A DNA stretch of 64,000 nucleotides, from the NCBI GenBank assembly GCA_051362555.1, contig CM120644.1, forward strand, positions 24,636,534-24,700,533, in the 5' to 3' direction. Below the pieces are notes generated by a model. The model was not told the DNA's origin. It did not search any database and was given only the letters and a program-made list of their open reading frames with translations. How positions within the stretch are numbered: position 1 is the first letter of the stretch; each line of letters begins with the position of its first letter. The DNA comes from Lingula anatina (lineage: Eukaryota; Animalia; Brachiopoda). Made by a program: the position numbers and the translations under genes. Shown piece after piece: positions 20,717 through 33,063 of this stretch.

Positions 20717-23700
20717 ATAATATACCACGCGTTTCCACCCACTGCCTTCACCCGGTGTGCTCTCCCTGCGCGGAGAGCGCGCAATAACGGTAAGTACTGC
20801 GCACACCAGGTGGAGAGCCCAAATTCCCTGCCTGATCCCGGTGAGTACAATTCATCCACGGCTACCGACCGTGCAGACGTGTACGGTACCAAAGACGAAA
20901 ATAAACAGAACTGAGACACAATGCACGGTGGTCTATAATCTCACTCCGTAAGTAGAACCAGTGAATACTTTACTGCCAACACTAAATGTAGAGGATCATA
21001 TATACGTTGTTTTGAAATGATGTAGTAAGACTGTCAATGGCGAGTTGGGGAGAAAAGAGCAGAATTATTAGCAAGGTACTTTGTACACGTGAACCGGTTA
21101 AGTTACTGATAATTACATTTTGCAAAAACGTTTAATTGAAGGAGTTATTTTCCAAACTCTGTTATTTGAATAGCAGATACATACGGTAGATGAACTAACA
21201 ACAGTGTAAACATTTGATGACATTGAAAATCAAAAACCTGCGGTGCACGGTAGGTTGAGGAGCACACTGTCATAGCAAGTAATACATGGAATTTTGTAAT
21301 ATAGTTCTAATCTATATAGTTCTATGCTTGTGTCATTGGTAACAGTGTGGTTTTATTGCTACTTAAGTTATTATCTGATATTATTTCCTGGGCTACCCAG
21401 TACATGTCAACTAATTTCGTGGCAATTCACCTCCATGTTCCATCATGTGTGCAGACTGTTTAATAATATTATTAATATTATTATTTGTTCAAGCACATTT
21501 GATAAAGTAGCTATGCTGAAAGTCAAATTTTATGCTGAAGTTTAAAAATTTAAAAACCATCGCGAGCATCTACAAATAATGCTATTTGATCATGCGTATT
21601 TGATTTTCAATTATCTTGATCGTGATGTAAGATCTTTGCCTTTTGTCTCTCCTTGAAGACAATATGTCATGTAACTAGAGAACTGAAAGTGCTATATCAC
21701 CATTTATACTTTCAGATGCAAAAACTGTGTACCAATGGGCAAGGCGATCGTCGCCTGGTGAGGGCATTAAATAGGAAAGAGCTGCCTGACCACGAGAGGG
21801 CTGCCACAGCCTTGGAGGATTGGTGGGCCTCGTTCTACGGGCCGGGCTGCTTCTGTTGATTATGGTGGGCTGGTGCCCCACCCCTGGTGGCACAAGGTCG
21901 GTGGGACAGCTTCTTGCTCTCCTATGGTGCACACCATGGCTCTGTCAGCTTGGTACCAACGGACGAGGGTTATATTGCTACCTTCTGTCGGGTGTAATAT
22001 TTGTCCACCAGAGAAGAACTACTGCGCGCCCAGTCTTGTTTTAGTGGCCTTCGTTTGCACCCTCCTCTCCTACAGCCGTGAGCCCCCGCCGCCATGACGG
22101 GTGGCCTACAAGCTGCCGTAGACGACGTCATCACAGTCCCGCCGCCGGCATGTACCAGATTCCGCCGTATCATAGTCCGGCGATGCATTCCATCATCGGA
22201 GCGAACCGGCAGCCACCCAGAATATCCGCCTTCGGCCGCCCCCGTCGGACAACAACGTTGACTAGATGTGGGGTTAACAACCTGTTAATTACGTCTTTTC
22301 CTTTCTCCAATATTCTCAACATTCACTATTTAATTGCTAGACCCCTGCAAGAACGGCATTTGTGGAGGCCATCAGCGGTTTAGTTCGTTTTTCTTATCAC
22401 TAGGCCGTGGAAAAAAGATTCATCAGTGTTTGGATATGAAAAAAAATCCTGGTTTCATTAAAGTGCTCTGGAATTTTTTTTGTTTTTCAGTAGTCTCTCT
22501 CTCAAAACGATTATTACAACCCAATGCCCTTTTACTTGTCTTGGTCTTATTATTAAAGATAACTATACATGGCATTTCCTGGTACTGACATACGCTAAAA
22601 ACGAAGCGTCCCTTATATTGGCAGGGCGCATTGTCCAGTGAAATAGGCGCCTTTTCTGCCGTAATGTGCAACGTGCATGCCCACACAGCGCTTAGTTTAC
22701 CATTTGGATGACCAAATGCCCTGACAGCTTACTAGGAAGAATACAAACCTCAAGATTGTTTTAAAACGTTTATTAACGCAATGGTTAACGCCTTTTCCCC
22801 TTAATCCTTAATGTTTTAAAACGGTTATTAACACAACAGGCAACACCTTTACCCATAAACTTTTTGTTGAAGACGCAAGTTTCAACAACCTCCCGAAAAC
22901 TTGTTTAACACATGTCAAAAGTACAGGACAGAGCAACTGTAATCGTTTCAAACAAGTATTTGAAAATGCACATCAATACACACTATTCTGATAAATGTTA
23001 ACCTCCATAAACTTTTCCAAGTACGATATTTCTTCAATGATCAATTATTAATGAATTGGTACTAAATACTTTAACAATTCCGCCATACGCTAAAAATCTA
23101 GAAATAATTAAGAAAGAAGTCACTTATTGCAAGAATTAATAGAAGTATGTTAATAGCAGGGAAACATCATTAGTAGTAGAAACAGATATTACTCAAAGAA
23201 CTAAAAAATATGAATTTAAAAAAATTGGAAAAAAATCTTACAATTCGCCTGCTAACAATTGCAACAACGTTATCACATAAATAGTAAATATGCTTCCCAA
23301 TGTGCCATGTTTTTACCTAATACAAGTTGGTGGTGATGAACTGTACTGATTTTTTTCTTGCCACATGGTGCAGCACTAAACAACAAGGGGATGGTCCTTT
23401 GTTATGTTTTAATTTAGCTCCTCTGTACATTTGCTGATTGTTCGGTAATTTCCTACCAGTCTAATGCCTATCTTATAAGTTATACTTAGTAAAAGTATGT
23501 GTTGTGAAGAATTAACATGTGAATTAATATTCCTGTACACACTACTACATACAAAGCATTCTAAAAAAATCCCTCAAACGTTTACAATATGGCTGCTAAG
23601 GCACCAGTCGTCAGTTCAATAACTGTATGAGCAAGCATCCTATTCTCCAACGACAGAGTTGGGTTTGCCGGGCAAGTTTACTCAACCCACCTTATTTTTG

Positions 23701-25618
23701 AACAGTCAAAAAGCTTGTTCCTCTTATTTCACAGGAGACAATAACCAGATCCAGTCAATTTGATAAAATTTGAAGAAAAAAAAAATTGCACATTTGAAAT
23801 AGTTCTACAACTATGTCAAACAAGAATCAGTCACATTAACAGAGGTGATTTTTAAAACTGTCCTTACACAACTGGCAAGACTTCAATACAACAGAATATT
23901 TTAACATTCAAAGTGGATCATTTTTGACAGGAACTAAGTCTATTGTCAGAGTGGAGAGAGTAAACAACACAAAATACCTGTTACATAACATAACTGACTC
24001 AAATGGCCTATTTACAAAACGCAGTTTGAATTGGTCTCACATTTTGATTAAGTCACAAACCCTATGTAAAATGTGGGTAAACAGACTGTTGTAATGGTCA
24101 ATTATCACAATGATCTGCTCTTTCACTTCCTGTGTTGTGAAAAAAATATGTATGTTAATTATTGAAAATAATTTAACTGACATATCAACAGCAATCGATC
24201 TCTGTACATTTTACCCTCATGATTCTTAACTGAACAAGAAACATCCAACAAACTTCAGGCCCCAGATAAGAAAAAAAAAATGTTTCAATAATCTCATTCA
24301 ATACACTTTCATCAATAGTTTGCCTTCAAATTTTTATTTTTATGTACACTTTAGCAATTACAGGCATAAGCATTAACTTACTATATACAACATTACACAC
24401 ATACATTTTGGTTGTAGGACTTGAAAGAAAAGTTCTTTAGAAACAACAGGAATAAAGGAATTTTACAGAATCAATTGAATAACATCCTTTCTACCACTAC
24501 ACTGGTAAGATGGAGAAATACGTATAGATAAGTAGTCCCCAGTAATGTGTGCCTTTATAATTGTCAACAAGCTGGTTTAAGAGAAAATACAAATGTCTCA
24601 AAGTTCACACATTAATCCCACATGCTAGTTTTTAAAAACGAAAATTTGAAAAATATATGTATATCAATTGCATTACCAAAGCACCTTAACAGTACAAAAT
24701 TTCAAATGCAGAAAAAAAATCTAATAGTCAGATGGCACTTTTCTAAAATTTAAAGTTAACAATTGCTGTAACATACAAAACACTTTTATACACATCACTG
24801 AGCATAATTTTGAGCTGCTAAACATAAGGTCCAATTGACATTTCAAGGTTTAAATTATGAGAAGAATTCACATCATCTTTCACATAACATACCATATTTG
24901 AAGATGTATGAAAAGATGGCCTTAGAGCGGTCAGTAATTCACATCCACACTTTCCCACTTTTTTCTTTCACTAACTTTTAATTTTTTAAGAATTTTATGA
25001 CCCATGGTTGGGTGAGAATTTGGGAGAGTAAGCTTAACCAAACTCGACTCCAAAGGAAAAAAAATCACTTAATTTTGGAATGTGTGGCCTCACATACAGG
25101 CTTTAAACACAAAGACATGCAATGGTCAGTTTTAGGGTCCTCTGCAGATGTCTTGGCATCTCTTTGTCTCATCAAAAACCACCCAGTCTTGTTATCACAG
25201 GGGCAGTGGGAGTGCATTTTAATTGAACCAGTAGTTTATAAGCACGCACTCCTCTGTCCATGATATATTCTCCAAATCATCAACATAGAAATCCCCCCTA
25301 TAGCCTCTGTGCAGTGGATGTGGTGTGATGTCACCATGAAATGTCCCAGTAAGTCTTGTGGCACTATCTGGTCAGATTCTTCTCGCACAGCAATGACCTA
25401 AGTATTAAAGTATTATTGGGTACACTATTTCATACATTTTAATTCAACTAATATTCATGACATGTAACTTAGTTTCTATAAAAGCAATGAAACAGTATTA
25501 ACAGGAAAGGGACCACAGGATCACTTTTATCTTTTTTTTTCTACTGAATTCTATTCACTCAAATCCAGCACACTGTCCTTCTCTGCCAAAGTTCTTACCG
25601 CGAATCCATAGGTTTCCG

Positions 25619-28329
25619 TTACTTCTTCTCATTCATGTTGTGGTTGATATGATCATCAATGATATCACCAGCGCCACCTAGAACATCAGGTTCTTCAGAA
25701 CTCTGCTCCTCGCTCTCACTGCGTTCATCTTTCTCTACCTACCACCACAGAAATGTATACAGATCAAAATATCAAAAAGTCTCTATTACAGTGAAGCAAG
25801 TCAACTAAAATGAGCAATACTTAATAAGCAAATCTAATTTAACTGCCCAGGAATTTTAATTAACAAAATAACAACATGATAAAACAAACTATACATAAAA
25901 TGAAATGAAAATTACTTTTAAAAAATAATGCATGAAGTTAAAAAAACAACACTGGAAGCTTAAATTTCACTTAAAAAAACAGTTGAAAATTATTTCAGCT
26001 TTTCATTTTTCATTTTTAATTAAGATTGAAGTTGCAGCAATGGGAATCAAAAATCTTAATTGTCAACAATTTATAGATTGGGCCCTATTATTGTTTCTGT
26101 TGTGAGGAACTGTCATTTGTATGTGTTTGTGTGTTGCGTGTGACTGCCTATAGAAAAGACTGGAAGGAAGGGGGGTAAAGGGTTGGCAAAATGGGGGGGG
26201 GGGGGGGGGGGGGGGGAGGGGTTAGGTTGACAGGGGAGGAAGGGGGTAGAAGGCAAACATAAGGCTTATTATACATGCATACACATACCAAGGTGGTCGT
26301 TTTGCAAGCCCCACCCTTCACCTGCATGCACATGCACAAAACATGACCTATAAGTATATATCCATTAATGGCACATGCACTTTTTGTACAGGGGTATGGA
26401 GTTTAATTCTGCTGTGTATAGGGTGTTAGTACAGCACCGATGCATGGGGTCGTTATGTTGCTGAAAGCCGTAGCTACAACAAGTCTCTGGAATACTGAAC
26501 AATTTGAAAGATAACTGCTTTCAAGATACCATGTTTTGGTGGGGTGGGGGGGTGTACATTCATTTACAATGTTTATTTTGAAACCATAGAATTGCCTCTA
26601 CTTAATAGTTAAATGCTTTATGGTTTTCAAAATGTTTTCATCTTTGATTTAAAAAAAAAAAATATGGGAATAAATGGACTAATCCCTGTTATTATCTCCT
26701 CCACGGATTGCCCCTCTATGCAACTTGTAAAAAGGTGGTTGGTATGAAAATAGGCGACTGCACTTTATTCAATTTCTTCAGTTATATTGCCAAGAACAAG
26801 AAAAGAATAAAAGTTCCATATAAAATAAGCTGTTGTTATTTAGGTTAAGTCCAGTATATTCTGCATGTTACTTGAATGTTTGAAAGTTATCTATACTTCG
26901 CAATACAGATGAAAAGTGGAGTGCTGGGCATTGCTTCACTTCAGTGCCTGTCACAGGGCAGTGTTCAGCTTTATGTAAGTTTTAGCTTTGTTTTATGTGA
27001 TGGCTCCCTGAAATCCTCCTGAAAATTTAACATTTTCAGTATACTGTTCTCCTGTGGAAATTCCATAAAAAATCAACCAAGCATGATAATAAATCTGAAT
27101 GCTACAGCATCAAACTGGCCATGAAGTTGTGAAGACAATTCTTCTAAATGGTAACTAACAATAAACATAATAAAACAACATAAAAAGCCCCCGTAATATT
27201 TGGCAACTTAAAGTAAAGTCAATTAATGCTAAAGAACCAAATGCAGAGCTAAAAAAAACTTATTTCACCACACAGCTAACAGAAGTGCAGGTTAATACTC
27301 TATTACCTAGTGCAAGTTAAATAAACAATAAGAAAACACATGCTCTCAGACACACACTGTTAACTATCAGCAGAAACCATCACTGGTGGGAGGAATTGAA
27401 ACACCACACCCAATTATTATCATTATATACATATACATATATATATATTCCAGAGCACCCTGCAGTAAAGCACACACACAACAACAATTCACTGCACTAG
27501 ACAATAATTGGTAAACAGTTAAATCAATCAACACAAGGAAATATTGAAGTCTGACTGAGTATACGTCATATGATATTAGGGATTTGATCTGAACTGCAAA
27601 GTCAATTAACTGGCACATAAAACATTGACATAATTTTCTATATCCCCTTCAGGGCTTGGCGTTAAAGGTGGCTTGCCGGCCTGGGCCACTTAAAACCAAT
27701 ATCAGGCCAGTCAATCACAGGGGTTACTGGTCCCAGGGGCAGGTAAAGTTTAATGTGCCAAATAACCCTTGTAATATCTACCAGACCTCCCTGGGCTGTG
27801 GAGATAAAATTAGTGTCAAGCCCTGGTCCTACTGAGATAAAGCAAAATCCCATTATTGGTCTCAAGTTGTAGGTGCCACACATCGTAACCATGGACTGAA
27901 TGGTTAACATGTAATGGTTAATATCTCATATACTCCAATTATGGGAGGAAGCTAAAAGCTACTCAAACATAATATATTTAAAACATCAACATTCAGCAGG
28001 TTTATGAGTGTCAGACATTTAGGAAAGATTGGCACAAGGCTATCATAGGCTAAACACTGCAGAAAGGTTTCTTATGGTTTGATTAGTTAGTAAAAATAGT
28101 CACCAAAAGGAACTGGAAAGCCATTCACTGTGAAAGACGTGATGTTTACAAATCACAACCTCACAATACCAGCCATCCACATATATTAGGAAGAAGGAAC
28201 TGTACAACCTGGTGGGACCTATTTCACCAGACGTTTCACTGCTTAGCTAATGCTGCAGAACTTCCACAGCCAATAATATTGAATATAACGAAGGGGACTC
28301 TGTGACAGATGGCTGAGTGGTGGACAAAC

Positions 28330-28374
<45 letters not shown>

Positions 28375-31300
28375 CACCAGGGTATTAAAACTGAATTGTG
28401 TGCTTTCAACTGATACAGGTAAGACTTAATAACAGAACAGATCCATTCCCTTACAAACAATTCCTACGGGGTTTCCTTTTGGACTCTAAGGGACTCTTTA
28501 GGATTTCTATTGGATTCCAGAGGCGGATCCAGAGATATTTTCTGACAGTCTTCCAAATTATCTTTGTTGATCCATCCTCGATCCGCCCCTGGATTCCTAT
28601 CCAGGACATGTCCTACAGGATTACTATCTAGGAAATATGTCCTACAGGACTACTATCTGGGATATATGTCCTACAGGATTCCTATCTAGGACACATCTTC
28701 TATAGGACCCCCTTGGGATTTCGGACCAATTTTCCCACAAGTCTCCCTGCAGTAAACTTCTGTAAGCGGGGTTGTGAAGCAAACATTTCCCAGGTGGTCG
28801 AGTCCCAGGCCCAGCGTGAAGCACGGCGTAAGCACATGTTATTTGACTCTGCAGTTCACATGCAAATGTTACATATTTGGCTGTAACCTAGCAACTGTGG
28901 CAGGTGTGACAGTGTGGTTTCTATGGTAACACAGGCCGAATGTTTTTATATGGCAACACCACACTTGAAAATTGTGACTTGGGACATCTGCCAATGATAA
29001 GTATGGATTATAAGCTGTAGATGGGGAAAAATGCTCAGAAATAAGTTTAATTATCAACTGTGCTTTCTTGTTTTTAGTGTGATAGACCCAAGCTAGAAGA
29101 AATTCCGCTCTCTTGAATTCAATGTTTTTAAGTGATTTGCATGTTGTTGTACTGCTAGCTTTTTTGAATGAAATAAGTAAATAAAAACAAATAAAAGAAA
29201 CAGATAAAAAAAAAAGGTAATAGCCAACAAGCATTGTGACTGTTTCAGTGAAGTAACACACAACTACATTTAAAAAACATAACACTTTATAGTGATGTTG
29301 ACGCACCTTTCCCAAGGCAAGCGAGTTGTAGATGACTCTACTGATCAGATAAGACCAGTAGAAGTGGAGGAGCTGGAGCGCCACCAGTGCAGCAATAAAC
29401 AACTGAATGGAGGGGTACCAACCCATTATTACTGCACTCTCAAACACACATGAACGGATTATCCTAGAAGATAGAACAATGGCAAAGGTATTGGAGGATT
29501 TTTTCATTAACATTTTCTCTTCCTTTCATATCTGTAAAAATAATTAACGGAAAGGAATTCAGCTTCTGAATCAGTGCTTCTCTTTGAAATATCCTAGAAT
29601 ACAACACAGTGGCAAAGCTAAATGACATCTTGGTTATTTTCTTTTTTTCTTTCAGACTGTTTTGTTGGCCTTTCTGTTTAAAGGGGTACCGTCTTGTCAT
29701 CAAGGCTCAAAGAGTAACCCTAGAATATAGAATGTTAGCAAAACTTATTGCAGCTTTCAAATTCTGTGACTGTGTTTCCATTTTACTCATCAAAAGATTC
29801 TGTTGAGGAATGGGCAAAACCCCTTCTTCCCTGATAGCCAACAAATTATCTGGCACATTTTTCATTCCATGTTGCCAGAAATATTTGTTGTTTTCCTTTT
29901 GAATTTTCTAATTGTTGTTTCATCACCTTAATATGTCTGCAATAAATTAAGCACCTTTACATTGGTTATTCACTGGTCTCCACAATGCAAAGCAATGACT
30001 GAGGGCAAGTAGTCTATGTAGGCAAACAAAGAATGCGCCATGGAGCCTTAACCTACCAGCTAGAGAAGCAGATGAATTGGCAGTAGCTCATGCACTGGTG
30101 TTTTCTGGCATTGTTCCTCTAACAAAAGCTTAAAATAGGATAGAATTTTCTGAGAAACCTCTGCTTTTATTCCTTGAACCATATAACCAATTACCATGTA
30201 TGTATCTCCTTCCAAAACGAAACATTTACCCATACATATCTGATCAACAGCTCAACACTGACACATCTTGTACTTCTCAATAACAGTTCACAGCTGCTTT
30301 ATTGGTACAGAAAAATTTGACGATCAAAAGAAATTGTTTACAAAGTGCTGAAACAGTGTGATCTTCTTGCCTCATGCTTAGCAACATCAGTGCTACTTGC
30401 TGTTGTTGGATGTTCCATATTGCTTGTGCAACACATTCTACAGTCACATCTACCACAATATGGCTGTAATCTATACATTGTGCTGGAGCTCACCCAAACA
30501 CACTCCACTGTCACACCTAACACAGCCGTGGTGTCCACAGGACTCTGATGAGGTAGGTGAGAGGGTGACCAGGTAAATGACATCATTAAATAGGGACATT
30601 TCATTTATCATACAGATTGCAAAGCATGCTCTAGTGTTGGCAATGCACTGTCACACACAAAACATTCATATGCCACAAGTACACGTTCTGAGGAGATGAC
30701 ACTGATCTCATCATGAAATTCAAAACAAAAATAAACACATAAAACACATACAATAACAAGACCAAAACAACATAACACTAATAAATGAAATAACACTGTG
30801 CCATGCTGAACAGTACAGTGTAACAGATGGATATATCACAGACATTGCACAGACACAAAACAGACATTGTACAGACATCACACAGACATTGAGAACACAA
30901 AACAGACATTGTACAGACATCACACAGACATTGAGAACACAAAACAGACATTGTACAGACATCACACAGACATTGAGAACACAAAACAGACATTGTACAG
31001 ACATCACACAGACATTGAGAACACAAAACAGACATTGTACAGACATCACACAGACATTGAGAACACAAAACAGACATTGTACAGACATCACACAGACATT
31101 GAGAACACAAAACAGACATTGTACAGACATCACACAGACATTGCAAACACAGAAGTGACATTGTACAGACATCACACAGACATTGTGAACACAGAATAGA
31201 AATTGTACAGACATCACACAGACATTGCAAACAAAGAACAGACATTGTACAGACATCACACAGACATTGCACAGGACACTTATACACAGACTGCATACAT

Positions 31301-31641
31301 GTCTAGCCTTCCAAACAGTATTCATCAATGAATACACAGCTTGTACCAAACAGGTGGCCAATTAACAAAACACGTTCTGGGACATTTTCTGGAACATCAT
31401 ATGATATGATCTTAAAATTTTAATCCTGAAAAGCAGTTCTCATTCAATAATTTTACTTCTGTCCTCTTTTATGGGTATTTTTTTTAATCACATGTGATCT
31501 AAAATCCAGTGGTCTTAGGGCATAACTTAAAGCTAACCAAAACAATCCGGAAGCACCCTTTCTTGTAAAAATGATAACATGCATATATCAAACATTCACC
31601 TATAACCTCTTTATCCTAAAGGCAAACATGCCACCCCCCCC

Positions 31642-31695
<54 letters not shown>

Positions 31696-33020
31696 ATGGA
31701 ACTACAGGGTAAACGCCTGCATGTTCAACATCATTTGAATTAAATGATAAATAACCTCAGTTTGGAATGCATACTTGGCACCTAATACAAGATGGGAGAA
31801 CCTTGCATACATAGCATCTTTTACATAAGAGAGGGGGACACCTTGCTCACATGGTATACAATATGGAGAGGGCCAATTAACACAATACACCTTGCAGCCA
31901 GATGCAGTATTGCAACTGTAGAAGCAGCAAAAAAAGATGTCAGACTAGCTCCAAGCTGATGTTTTGTAGTGTCCTTTTACAGCCACCTGTCCAACCTGTG
32001 TATATGATGAGCTTACATGCTCAATGTAGTGTCAGTTTTAATGACTGGCCATTTATATAGGTTTCTATTTTTAAATTATTAAAATAATGGGATAAACTGT
32101 ATGCCTTCATGCAGTTTCTGAATATCTTATTTCTTAAAATTATTTTTTACTCCACTGCTTTGCTAAGGCCAAAATAAGAAATCCAGATTTTGATATAAGT
32201 TGTACAGGAGAGAAGAAGATAATATAGTTCTTTATTACTTTTTGTTTTTCATTATTGAGTCTCCAAAACTACACTGAATTTGTATGCAGTGATATGTTAA
32301 AAGACTGGGTCATCATATATCTGGTTATTTATATGTAAAATAACAGAATAAATGACATAAACAGTTTCAGAAGTTAGTTGTCATCGACACAAAAAACAAG
32401 ACAAAAACGCTCACAAAAAGAACTTCACTTCAACATCACAATTCAGTATCACAGACAGTATTCAGCCATGCATACAAAGAGGCATGCAACCACCATATAG
32501 AACACACTCAGACCAGCTTAGCGTCAGTTCACATGTACAGAAGTGCTGCTACAACCATTAGTGTGGCTCTAACTGCAGGCATGAGACCAGCTTTGGGTGA
32601 GATCTACCTGGCAAATGTCTCACATCACAGTACAACATTACAACGGTCCTCTTCTGAACTCTACCAAAGGTCTGGAGGATCTCACGCCTGCTCTAGAAAC
32701 TGAACACCACCCTTGTTAACCCTGAGAACAAACCGTCCACCGCAAAGCCCGTTTCACATTTGATCATGCGTTACACCACCGTGTGCTAACATGCCCCAGC
32801 CCTAGCCCACGTAGCATGCAGTCATTAAGCAGTACAAACTGGGCACAGGGAATGTGGAGGTGGTGCCGACATGCTGAAACATAGGGCCACTGGATAAGTA
32901 CATTGGATTGACATGGAAGACAGGTTTTCTATGTGATAGTGCTGACTAGTGAAGTAAGGAAGAGAATTGATTATGTAGCAGTGTGTGTCACAGTGAGAGA
33001 GAGAGAGAAGAGAGGATAAG

Positions 33021-33063
<43 letters not shown>

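Noticed and set aside
29307-29463. Exon 9b plus exon 10 as the remnant of a third CerS copy
   Set aside because: No other duplicated exons lie between 9a and 9b and only one exon 10 follows, so 9a and 9b must share it.
30836-31272. CRISPR-like array
   Set aside because: Head-to-tail repeats with no unique spacers, in a eukaryotic intron.
30720-31361. Cys-rich and His-rich repetitive ORFs (metallothionein-like)
   Set aside because: Translations of a 42-bp minisatellite that is open in several frames; no splice support.
32800-32885. A third alternative exon 9 (acceptor tttcag at ~32875, minus strand)
   Set aside because: No frame resembles a TLC helix and all stop early.
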